Source: Candidatus Aenigmatarchaeota archaeon (GTDB lineage: Archaea; Aenigmatarchaeota; Aenigmatarchaeia; QMZP01). Taken from it: a DNA stretch of 23,684 bases. The position numbers were made by a program, and so were the translations under genes. Shown here in pieces: positions 9,443 to 17,222 of the stretch. The DNA is taken from the NCBI GenBank assembly GCA_038999435.1, contig JAVZYR010000007.1, positions 1 through 23,684 of the forward strand, given 5' to 3'. The notes under the pieces were generated by a model. That model saw only the letters and a list, made by a program, of their open reading frames with translations, was not told the DNA's origin and ran no database searches. The stretch's first letter is position 1; each line of letters begins with the position of its first letter.

Positions 9443-9457
9443 AGAAATCCTGACCAT
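9443..9457 (+). other. 15-nt tRNA intron at position 21/22 (D-arm)
   Basis: Central helix GGTC/GACC with 3-nt bulges AAA and ATA. Cutting after the second nt of each bulge yields the canonical GGTCAAAGGGG. Confidence 0.85.
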
Positions 9458-9506
9458 AGGGGCTAGCTTGAGGGGCTAGTGCCAGTAGTGGCTACCAGGG
9501 TTCGAA

Positions 9507-9630
9507 TGAGCCCTTTCTTTCAAGAAGAAAGCGCTCGCGGAAAGAAGGAGCTAACGCTTCCGATTTCAGAGCCCTTTCTTTCAAGAAGAAAGCGCTTGCG
9601 GGCACGCTTCTCCTTAAAATAGCTTGAAAA
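9507..9630 (+). other. 124-nt tRNA intron at position 59/60 (T-loop)
   Basis: TTCG (9501-9504) pairs with TGAA (9625-9628), each followed by an AAT bulge, and the outer helix is the T-stem. Excision restores TTCGAAT. Confidence 0.85.
9508..9601 (+). repeat. Two 33-nt direct repeats (9508-9540, 9569-9601), each a hairpin, inside the tRNA intron
   Basis: GAGCCCTTTCTTTCAAGAAGAAAGCGCT(C/T)GCGG, 32/33 identical, separated by 28 nt. Stems are GAGC/GCT(C/T) and CTTTCTT/AAGAAAG. Confidence 0.95.
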
Positions 9631-9671
9631 TCCCTGCCCCCGCATTTTAACTATTTTTTAGTAACAACTAA

Positions 9672-9686
9672 CGAAAGCTTTAAATA
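9672..9686 (+). promoter_or_regulatory. Putative archaeal BRE/TATA promoter for the downstream ORF
   Basis: CGAAAGC followed by TTTAAATA; a GGTGA RBS-like motif sits at 9728-9732, before the ATG at 9738. Confidence 0.5.
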
Positions 9687-9737
9687 CTTTTCCTTCCATT
9701 ATATTAATAGATATGTCACTATTTTAAGGTGACAAAT

Positions 9738-9983
9738 ATGGTGAGTAATATGAATATATATGAGATGATAAGAAGAGAAATAGAGAATGGAAATATTTAC
9801 AATAAAATAGCTTCAATTATGCCGCGTCTTTCTAAGAGCGAAAGAATGCTAATGGAATATTATCTAAAGAATGTTTATGAACTGTCTTCCATAGGAGAAA
9901 TAGGTTCACAGGCATACTTTATCGCAATGACACCAGCAATAAAATCAATATTCAAAAGATATGGTATTTTCAATAAAAGCTAA
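9738..9983 (+). CDS. Hypothetical protein (~81 aa)
   Basis: Open frame with plausible TATA and RBS (start 9738 or 9750). No recognisable motif. Confidence 0.6.
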   Translation: MVSNMNIYEMIRREIENGNIYNKIASIMPRLSKSERMLMEYYLKNVYELSSIGEIGSQAYFIAMTPAIKSIFKRYGIFNKS

Positions 9984-9989
9984 GCCTTT

Positions 9990-10364
9990 CTAAGGCTTTG
10001 CCTCACCCTTGCCTAAATCCTTCTCAAGCCGTTCTATGTCCTTTTTGATAGCCTCAAGATGTGCTAAAATACGCTCCTTTTCCTCACCAAACCGCTCAAG
10101 CCGGCGATATATATCTGTTGCCCTATCAAAATCGTATCGCGTTATGCTGACATATGGGACTTTGTTCATTTCCCTTGCAACAGCCTCGCATAGACTACCA
10201 AGCCATTTATTCATAGCAATCTTGACCTCTTTTTTTATGATTTTTTCCTTGTCAAGATTTGCCCTCATCAGCCTCACAACAGCAGCATTAGGAAATGGTA
10301 ACTTCTCCTCTTCTTCAGCAGGTATCTCTTCTTCCCTTGCCTCTGCAACCTCATTTTCAGCCAT
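9990..10364 (-). CDS. Histone-fold (archaeal histone/NF-YB-like) protein with acidic N-terminal tail and C-terminal coiled coil
   Basis: LPFPNAAVVRLMR...KIIKKEVK.AM...SITRYDF histone-fold pattern. The N-terminus is Glu-rich and the C-terminus is a heptad-like helix. Confidence 0.78.
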   Translation of the reverse strand: MAENEVAEAREEEIPAEEEEKLPFPNAAVVRLMRANLDKEKIIKKEVKIAMNKWLGSLCEAVAREMNKVPYVSITRYDFDRATDIYRRLERFGEEKERILAHLEAIKKDIERLEKDLGKGEAKP

Positions 10365-10399
10365 GTCTAATATTATTTAGATGCATATATAAATTGATA

Positions 10400-11890
10400 A
10401 TGGATGCATACACAATCTCGGTTATTGTATTTGTTGCTATACTTGCGATCCTCATATGGTTTGACAGAAAAAATTTCAGAAGAGACTTTATACTGCTAAC
10501 TAGAAGGACAAAAAGGGGCAAGAATTTTATAATCAGGAAAGGTAGGCAATGGCCAAGATTTTACAAATGGGTAGGCAATATTGCAATAGTTATTTGCTTC
10601 CTTGCATCAATTTGGATATTTTACCAGCTTCTATCGATTACATTTAAAAATTTGATAAGCACTGAAGCGATTCCAGCAGCTGGATTTCTTTTTCCAAGCC
10701 CTACATCAGAGGTGTTGATAGGGCCTGGTTATTTTGCAATACCATTCTGGTATTGGATAATTTCAATTGCCATTCTTGCATTATTTCACGAGCTTTCCCA
10801 TGGGTTTATGGCTGCAAGAGAAAGGATAAGGATAAAATCGCTTGGCTGGGGTTTTTTGGCTATCATCCCTCTTGCATTCGTTGAAATAGATGAAAATCAG
10901 GCAAAGAAAAAACCTGCCACTGCACAGCTGAGGGTTTTTTCAGCAGGTAGCTTCGCAAACTTCATTTTAGCTGCCATATGTTTTGTTATTTTATCTGGCC
11001 TCGTCTATGCATGTTTTCAACCAACAGGTGTTGGTTTTTATAACTGGCCTGCTGTAAGCGTGGAGCAAAAAGATATAATAAGGATAGCAAATGTGACAAA
11101 CATCTCAGACCTTGTATCCTTTGATCCAAATGAAATCGTGGTTGTTGAGACAAAAAAGGGTACATATTATAGCAGGGTTGGCATGTTGCTAAATCAAAGC
11201 ACAAAAAATGACATCATCCTTTACGAAGATTGGCCTGCATTTAGGACAAATCTAACAGGAATGATAAAAAGGATAGAAAACTGGAGCATAACTAATGTTG
11301 ATAACCTCAAATCCGCACTTGAGCGCATAGGGCCTGAAAAAGAGATAGAAATAGAGACAGAAAATGGGACATATCTGCTCAAAACTGCAGAAGAGCCAAC
11401 GCCAAAATTTGAACCAAATCTCGATTTGGCAGTTTTGCTTTTTGCAGAGCATATCTTACCAGGTATATCGGATTTATTTCTTAGTGAAAAATCATGGGCT
11501 GAGGTTAAACAAAAAGAAGCATTCTGGTCATGGGCCCGGGAATCATCTCCTTTTATTACAAAAAGGGCAGAAGAGAAGATTGCATTGCTTGATGAAAAGG
11601 CATCAAGGCTTCCAAAGTCAGGATTTATAGGTATTTCAGGTATTTATCAAGGTTTGGATTTGAAAGCACCTCTTAAGCCTTATAAAGAATTTTTGGATTT
11701 TTTACAAGGCCTTCTGTTCTGGATGTTTTTAATAAACCTTGGTGTTGGTGCGTTTAATCTTTTGCCAATTAGAGGGCTTGATGGCGGACGTATGTGGGAG
11801 ATTTTGCTGAAAAGGAAATGGGCTATAGATTGCTTAAGCACAATAACGCTTTTTATAATACTTGTAAACTTTGTATTTTTAATTTCGTAG
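10400..11890 (+). CDS. Site-2 protease (M50 intramembrane zinc metalloprotease)
   Basis: HELSH, SAGSFAN and FNLLPIRGLDGG motifs with multiple hydrophobic segments. Likely start is the ATG at 10400. Confidence 0.93.
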   Translation: MDAYTISVIVFVAILAILIWFDRKNFRRDFILLTRRTKRGKNFIIRKGRQWPRFYKWVGNIAIVICFLASIWIFYQLLSITFKNLISTEAIPAAGFLFPSPTSEVLIGPGYFAIPFWYWIISIAILALFHELSHGFMAARERIRIKSLGWGFLAIIPLAFVEIDENQAKKKPATAQLRVFSAGSFANFILAAICFVILSGLVYACFQPTGVGFYNWPAVSVEQKDIIRIANVTNISDLVSFDPNEIVVVETKKGTYYSRVGMLLNQSTKNDIILYEDWPAFRTNLTGMIKRIENWSITNVDNLKSALERIGPEKEIEIETENGTYLLKTAEEPTPKFEPNLDLAVLLFAEHILPGISDLFLSEKSWAEVKQKEAFWSWARESSPFITKRAEEKIALLDEKASRLPKSGFIGISGIYQGLDLKAPLKPYKEFLDFLQGLLFWMFLINLGVGAFNLLPIRGLDGGRMWEILLKRKWAIDCLSTITLFIILVNFVFLIS

Positions 11891-11996
11891 AATATATTGA
11901 TGAAAGGAAACATGCATCTCTCTTCCAACTTTTGTAAAAATATTTTCGGTATTTTTAATAAAAGATAATTTATATATAATCCTTTAAATTAATTTT

Positions 11997-12479
11997 ATGC
12001 CAAACTTCAAGCTTGTGATTGCTGACCCAAAGACAAGGAAAGCATACCAGATGGAAGTTGAACAAGGAAAGTCAGGGCTTTTAGGTAAAAAGATAGGTGA
12101 TGTGATAAAGGCAGATATCCTAGGACTCCCTGGCTATGAGCTTGAGATAACAGGTGGTTCTGACAAAGATGGCTTTCCTATGCGTAGAGATGTAGCTGGA
12201 CCTGGAAGAAAGAGGATTGTACTTGCCTATCCGCCTGGATTTCATCCAAAATACAAGGGACAAAGAAAAAGGAAATCTGTGCGTGGAAACACAATCTCCA
12301 CTGATATTGTTCAGATAAATCTTAAAGTTACAGGTTATGGCCAAAAACCATTAGATGAGATTTTTGGCAAAAAAACAGAAACAACAGAACCTTCAGAAGC
12401 AAAAACAGAAACAAAGGAAAAAGTAAAAGAAGAGAAACCAAAAGAAACTGAAAAGAAATCAGAAGCCAAGAAAAAGTAA
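11997..12479 (+). CDS. rps6e: 30S ribosomal protein S6e with K/E-rich C-terminal tail
   Basis: FKLVIADPK, ITGGSDKDGFPMR and RKRKSVRGNTI. Confidence 0.96.
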   Translation: MPNFKLVIADPKTRKAYQMEVEQGKSGLLGKKIGDVIKADILGLPGYELEITGGSDKDGFPMRRDVAGPGRKRIVLAYPPGFHPKYKGQRKRKSVRGNTISTDIVQINLKVTGYGQKPLDEIFGKKTETTEPSEAKTETKEKVKEEKPKETEKKSEAKKK

Positions 12480-12491
12480 GCTTGAATAAAT

Positions 12492-12695
12492 ATGGAAACC
12501 AGAAAGCGCTCAGTTTTGAAAGCTGTTACATATAGGATATTGGCTACATTTATTCTTGGAATAATATCATGGTACTATACAAAAGAACCTTTTATAACCT
12601 CTAAAATAACGATTACTTTTACGATAATTGCAATAATTGTTTTTTATGTTAATGAGAGGGTTTGGAACAAAATAAATTGGGGAAGGAAAAAATAA
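12492..12695 (+). CDS. DUF2061-like small membrane protein
   Basis: ETRKRSVLKAVTYR...FYVNERVWNKINWG pattern with two hydrophobic segments. Confidence 0.82.
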   Translation: METRKRSVLKAVTYRILATFILGIISWYYTKEPFITSKITITFTIIAIIVFYVNERVWNKINWGRKK

Positions 12696-12705
12696 AAATT
12701 AAAAC

Positions 12706-12855
12706 CTAATTTCTTGTGTGCCTACTTGGCCAACAAAAACCCCACCAAACGCATTTGTGACCACTAGATTTTATACAACACGACTTACATATCATCACCA
12801 AATCTTTCTCACATTTCCTTGTACATCCTTTTTTTCCACACTTCTCACATGTCAT
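12706..12855 (-). CDS. Cys-rich microprotein (49 aa, 9 Cys), absent from the ORF track
   Basis: Manual translation: MTCEKCGKKGCTRKCEKDLVMICKSCCIKSSGHKCVWWGFCWPSRHTRN*. It fills an otherwise empty 250-nt gap. Confidence 0.7.
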   Translation of the reverse strand: MTCEKCGKKGCTRKCEKDLVMICKSCCIKSSGHKCVWWGFCWPSRHTRN

Positions 12856-12949
12856 GAATGAAATTGCATGCAATCCCTTTTTAATCTAAGTTGCACATTT
12901 CCCACAAAAAAAGTCAAACTTTAAAAATGTTTTAGCTAATAAAGCATTT

Positions 12950-13549
12950 ATGAAAGATATTTTTGTTTTAGGCATAAATGGTTCTCCTCATAAAGATGGG
13001 AGTACAGCCAAACTATTAAAAAAATTTCTCAAGAGTGTGGAAAAATATGGAGGCCAAACAGAGCTTGTGAATTTGGCAGAATATGATATTAGGCCGTGCC
13101 TGGGCTGTTATAGCAGAAATCCTAAATTATGCAAATATCCATGTAATATAAAGGATGATATGCAAAAAATCTACCCATTATTGGTAAAGTCTGATGCAAT
13201 TGCTTTTGGAACGCCAATATATTGGTTTAACATGAGCGGGTTAATGAAAAATTTTATAGACAGATTAACCTGTTTTGCTCCAAAAGGCTACATGCTTGAG
13301 GGAAAGGTCGGAATCTTTTTCGCTGTATCAAAAGAAAATGAAGGAGGAAGACTGAATGCAACTTTATCTATGGCGTATGCCATGAATCATTTAGGCCTTT
13401 GGATACCACCATATGGACTGATGTTTTATCCTGCAAAAGAAAAAATCGTTAAAAATGGAAAAATAGTATGGGATAATTGGGTTTTTAGTGATGCATCAAA
13501 AATAAGCAAAAATATTGTTCATTTATGTAGATTTTTGAAAAAAAGTTAA
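12950..13549 (+). CDS. Iron-sulfur flavoprotein / NADPH-dependent FMN reductase (flavodoxin fold)
   Basis: GINGSP..GST, PCLGC...C...C..KDDM, GTPIYW and MKNFIDR. Confidence 0.9.
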   Translation: MKDIFVLGINGSPHKDGSTAKLLKKFLKSVEKYGGQTELVNLAEYDIRPCLGCYSRNPKLCKYPCNIKDDMQKIYPLLVKSDAIAFGTPIYWFNMSGLMKNFIDRLTCFAPKGYMLEGKVGIFFAVSKENEGGRLNATLSMAYAMNHLGLWIPPYGLMFYPAKEKIVKNGKIVWDNWVFSDASKISKNIVHLCRFLKKS

Positions 13550-13604
13550 TTTTGGTAAAAATCAAAAGATTATTTTTAAAAACAAAATATTAAAAGGTGG
13601 AAGG

Positions 13605-14930
13605 ATGCTAAAAGAATATGTTGACTTAGAATATAAACCGGCAAAAAATGATCTGATTTGTGAATATCGCGTTGAACCGGCAAAAGGTATTTCATTAGAA
13701 GAGGCAGCAACACATATAGCAGGGGAAAGTTCGATTGATACATGGTCAGATATTTTGACATTGTCACCTGAAATTGCAAAAAGGCTTAAGCCACATGTTT
13801 TTTTTATTGACAAAAAAAGATATGCAATCAAAATTGCTTACAATATAGAGCTGTTTGAGGCAAATTCTATACCACAGTTGCTCAGTAGTATAGCAGGAAA
13901 TATCTTCAGTATGAAGATGATAGAAAACCTCAGGCTTCAAGATGTTATGCTTCCAAAAGATATCATCAAACAATTTAAAGGACCTAAATTTGGCATAGAC
14001 GGTGTTAGAAAAATTTTAAAGGTTAGAGACAGGCCCCTTGTTGGAACTATAGTAAAACCAAAACTTGGCCTTGATACAGAAAGGCATGCAAAGGTTGCAT
14101 ACAATGCATGGGTTGGTGGATGCGATCTCGTTAAGGACGATGAAAACTTGACGAACCAAACATTTAATCCATTTGAAAAAAGGGCAAGGCTGACATTAAA
14201 AGCAAGAGAAAAGGCTGAAAAGGAAACAGGGGAGAGAAAGGTTTATATGTGTAACATTACTGCACCAACATGTCAAGAGATGATAAGGCGAGCAAAATTT
14301 ATAAAGGATTTAGGTGGTGAGTACATCATGATAGACATCATACCCACAGGATGGACCGCGCTACAAACACTAAGGGAAGCCAATGAAGAACTTGACCTAG
14401 TAATGCACGCACATCGATGCATGCATTCTGCTTTAACAAGAAATCCACGACATGGTGTAAGCATGCTTATGATTGCTAAGCTTACAAGACTTATAGGTCT
14501 TGATCAATTGCACATTGGCACGGTTACAGGAAAGATGCATGGTGGAAGGGAAGAGGTATTGGCTATCAGAAATGAGTGTATATCTCAGCATGTAAAAGAA
14601 AATTATAACACCTCTGTCCTTGAGCAGGATTGGGCCAGTATAAAACCTGTATTTCCTGTTGCATCTGGTGGTCTTCAGCCAACGATGATACCTGAACTTT
14701 TCAAAATATTTGGAAAGGATGTGATAATGCAATTTGGCGGTGGCATACATGCACATCCATTTGGCACACAAGCCGGTGCAACTGCATGCAGGCAGGCACT
14801 GGATGCCGTGTTACAAGGTATGGACCTGCGTGAGGCAGCAAAAAAACAAAAAGAGTTAGCAGAGGCAATCAAAAAATGGGGTATTCATAAGAGCTTACAC
14901 CCTGAACATTCACATACTGCAGGAGACTGA
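13605..14930 (+). CDS. rbcL: Form III ribulose-1,5-bisphosphate carboxylase (RuBisCO)
   Basis: Catalytic motifs AGESS, GTIVKPKLG, DLVKDDENL, HAHR, QLHIG, GKM, ASGG and QFGGGIHAHP. Upstream AGGTGG RBS; no small subunit gene adjacent. Confidence 0.95.
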   Translation: MLKEYVDLEYKPAKNDLICEYRVEPAKGISLEEAATHIAGESSIDTWSDILTLSPEIAKRLKPHVFFIDKKRYAIKIAYNIELFEANSIPQLLSSIAGNIFSMKMIENLRLQDVMLPKDIIKQFKGPKFGIDGVRKILKVRDRPLVGTIVKPKLGLDTERHAKVAYNAWVGGCDLVKDDENLTNQTFNPFEKRARLTLKAREKAEKETGERKVYMCNITAPTCQEMIRRAKFIKDLGGEYIMIDIIPTGWTALQTLREANEELDLVMHAHRCMHSALTRNPRHGVSMLMIAKLTRLIGLDQLHIGTVTGKMHGGREEVLAIRNECISQHVKENYNTSVLEQDWASIKPVFPVASGGLQPTMIPELFKIFGKDVIMQFGGGIHAHPFGTQAGATACRQALDAVLQGMDLREAAKKQKELAEAIKKWGIHKSLHPEHSHTAGD

Positions 14931-14948
14931 AGCAAATCTGTTTGACTT

Positions 14949-15683
14949 TTATTTTCTAGAAACAGACCATAGCATATTAAAATAATTTTTATAACTTTTA
15001 TTTATCCCTCTACTTTCTATTAAAATTGCAAATGGGATTCTGTCCCATAAAATTATAGCTGCCTTATCATCAAAAATCCATGTAGTAGCAGGACTTTCAA
15101 ATTCTTTTGAAATGTACTTTATATCAACATATTTTAGTTTTTCTCTCTTTCCCTTTAATTTTTCATTATAAATTATCTTGACCTTTATCCTCAATTTTTC
15201 TCTTTTTTTATTCCATTGTTCCCAATATGAACCAAACATCTCTTTAAATTTCCCTTCTGCACCATAAATTAAAAGTTCTCCTTTTTGTTTTAAAACAGAT
15301 TCTAATATAGATTTTATTCCCTTTTTTCCATGATAAATAGAAGCTAATTGTTTTTCTTTTTCCTTTTCTTTTAAAGCAATCAATTCAGGAAGTAATTTTT
15401 TTGCTATTTCTTCTTTTTTATTTAGCTCATTCTTTTGCTCTTCAAGAAAATCTATAAATTTTTCTGGAGAAGCTGCATTAAAATATCTTCTATTTGCTTG
15501 AATTACATAAGAAACAAATCCCTTTTCCATCAATCTTTCTAAGTTATCATATATTATCTGTTTATGCAATTTTGTTTTTTTGATCAAATCTGTAATAGAA
15601 GCTAGTCCTAGTTCTAATAAAGCTAGGTAAATTTTAGACTCATTTCTTGTTAACCCTATTTTTTCTAAATCTTCATTTTCCAT
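14949..15683 (-). CDS. TrmB-family transcriptional regulator (wHTH plus effector domain)
   Basis: LEKIGLTRNESKIYLALLELG...IYDNLERLMEKGFV, YHGKKGI and IFDDKAAI...F..LW. Confidence 0.9.
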   Translation of the reverse strand: MENEDLEKIGLTRNESKIYLALLELGLASITDLIKKTKLHKQIIYDNLERLMEKGFVSYVIQANRRYFNAASPEKFIDFLEEQKNELNKKEEIAKKLLPELIALKEKEKEKQLASIYHGKKGIKSILESVLKQKGELLIYGAEGKFKEMFGSYWEQWNKKREKLRIKVKIIYNEKLKGKREKLKYVDIKYISKEFESPATTWIFDDKAAIILWDRIPFAILIESRGINKSYKNYFNMLWSVSRK

Positions 15684-15704
15684 ATTATCTTACGATATGT
15701 GTTA

Positions 15705-15756
15705 TTTATAAATTTTTCTAAAAGTCGTCATATTTATGTCGCCTTAAATTTAAATA
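15705..15756. promoter_or_regulatory. Divergent promoter: two TATA boxes flanking an imperfect palindrome (candidate operator 15722-15745)
   Basis: TTTATAAA at 15705-15712, AAGTCGTCATA-TT-TATGTCGCCTT (arms pair 9/11) and TTTAAATA at 15749-15756. RBS GGTGAT at 15784-15789. Confidence 0.55.
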
Positions 15757-15793
15757 TATTCTAAATATATTTTCTCATTAGTGGGTGATAAAA

Positions 15794-17221
15794 ATGGCAA
15801 TCAAAAACATAACACTGGTTGAAATTCAAGGAGAGTTAAATAAACCCAGACTTTTTGCTAGACACAGCACTTTTGATCCTATTGGCCTAGAATATGTTGG
15901 AGCAGTGTTAGAAGAAAAAGGCTATGATGTAAAAATAATAAGGCAAGAAAACGAGACTTCACAAAAAATTTTAGAAAAAATTCTCAGCACAAAACCAGAT
16001 ATTGTCGGATTTTCAACATATACTTTTAATTTTCCTTATTCAAAGAGTCTAGCCAGGATGATAAAAACAACCAATCCACAGATTTATACTGTGTTTGGTA
16101 ATATACATATAAGTTCTATGCCTGAAGATATAGACGATACAGCTATTGATTTTGGCATAGCTGGTGAGGGAGAGTATGCCTTTAGAGACCTCGTAAAAGC
16201 CCTTGATAAAGGTAATGATGTAAAAAATCTTGAAAGCTTAATTTATTGGGATAATGGGATAAAAATAAATCCTCGTAAGCCTAGAATAGAAAATCTTGAC
16301 GAACTACCTTTTCCATTAAGAACAAAGGAAATTCTTGAAAAAAATCAAATTTTGCTTATGTATCCTTCAAAAGATCAAAAAGTTGCTACAATGGTATATT
16401 CCAGAGGCTGTCCTTATAGCTGCCCATTTTGTTCTTCAAGATATATATGGGGACAAGCTGTAAGATGGCGTTCTGCAAAAAATGTTGTTGATGAAATTGA
16501 ATTTTTGCAGAAAAGATATGATATTAACACGATTTTCTTTGCAGATTTAAATTTTAATTCAAACAGGGAAAAGGTAATTGAACTTTGTGATGAAATAATA
16601 AAAAGGAATATTGATATTTCTTGGTATCCCATGTTAAGGCTAACAACACCGGTTGGCAAACCTATGTTGGACAAAGAGCTTCTAGAAAAGATGTATGCAG
16701 CTGGTTGCAAAAAAGTTTCTTTTGGCATCGAAACTTTTAATGAAAATATTTTGCAGGAATATAATAAAAAAATATCCTTGAATATTTTAAAAGAGACATT
16801 AAAAACAACACATCAGCTTGGTTTTTTCAACAAAGGTTTCTTCATGATTGGCCATCCAACTGAGGATACAAAAGAAACTTTAGAAGAAACAAAAAGGATT
16901 TTACTTGAGCTCCTTTTTGATGAGATAAGATTTGCTTTCTTAACCCCTTTTCCTGAGACAGAAATTTACAAAAAATATCAGGACAGGATTGTTACAAAGG
17001 ATTGGACAAGATATACAAGCGATGAGCCAATAATCCAGCTTGATCATCTAAATAGGGAGGAAATAATAGAAAAAAGAAAAGATATTGTTAAATCATTCTA
17101 TGAAAGCCCGCAATATGCTAAAATGGTCAGCTCAAAGATAAGGTTGTATCCTCATCTAAAAGATTCCTATGATGAATTTTTTGATTTTTTGGCATATGAA
17201 GGGATTAATGTTAGTTTGTAA
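15794..17221 (+). CDS. B12-binding-domain radical SAM protein (copy 1)
   Basis: N-terminal PIGLEYVGAVL...PDIVGFS...GEGE; SRGCPYSCPFC (CxxxCxxC); FGIET; TPFPET. The ATG at 15794 follows GGTGAT. Confidence 0.92.
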   Translation: MAIKNITLVEIQGELNKPRLFARHSTFDPIGLEYVGAVLEEKGYDVKIIRQENETSQKILEKILSTKPDIVGFSTYTFNFPYSKSLARMIKTTNPQIYTVFGNIHISSMPEDIDDTAIDFGIAGEGEYAFRDLVKALDKGNDVKNLESLIYWDNGIKINPRKPRIENLDELPFPLRTKEILEKNQILLMYPSKDQKVATMVYSRGCPYSCPFCSSRYIWGQAVRWRSAKNVVDEIEFLQKRYDINTIFFADLNFNSNREKVIELCDEIIKRNIDISWYPMLRLTTPVGKPMLDKELLEKMYAAGCKKVSFGIETFNENILQEYNKKISLNILKETLKTTHQLGFFNKGFFMIGHPTEDTKETLEETKRILLELLFDEIRFAFLTPFPETEIYKKYQDRIVTKDWTRYTSDEPIIQLDHLNREEIIEKRKDIVKSFYESPQYAKMVSSKIRLYPHLKDSYDEFFDFLAYEGINVSL

Positions 17222-17222
17222 A

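Larger units (their letters stand above)
9421..9644 (+). tRNA. tRNA-Leu: tRNA-Leu(GAG) with two non-canonical introns; exons 9421-9442, 9458-9506 and 9631-9644 (85 nt mature, CCA not encoded)
   Basis: Acceptor stem GCGGGGG/CCCCCGC plus discriminator A. Anticodon stem CTAGC/GCTAG with loop TTGAGGG (GAG at 9470-9472). Variable arm GCCA-GTAG-TGGC. The D-arm and the T-arm CAGGG-TTCGAA|T-CCCTG are restored after intron removal. Confidence 0.93.

Noticed and set aside
9508..9601. Canonical CRISPR array
   Set aside because: Only two repeats, no typical GAAA(C/G) repeat end, no leader or cas genes, and it lies inside a tRNA intron. Reported as an intron repeat instead.
9507..9630. C/D-box guide RNA or nested second intron within the long intron
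   Set aside because: No RUGAUGA or CUGA boxes were found, and I could not build a convincing internal BHB motif by eye.
9421..9644. Prophage or island integrated at the tRNA
   Set aside because: No integrase and no second copy of the tRNA 3' end was noticed; the flanking genes are mostly housekeeping.
13605..14930. RuBisCO-like protein (form IV) or a Calvin cycle locus
   Set aside because: The catalytic motifs are complete, which argues against form IV, and there is no small subunit or phosphoribulokinase gene in the window.
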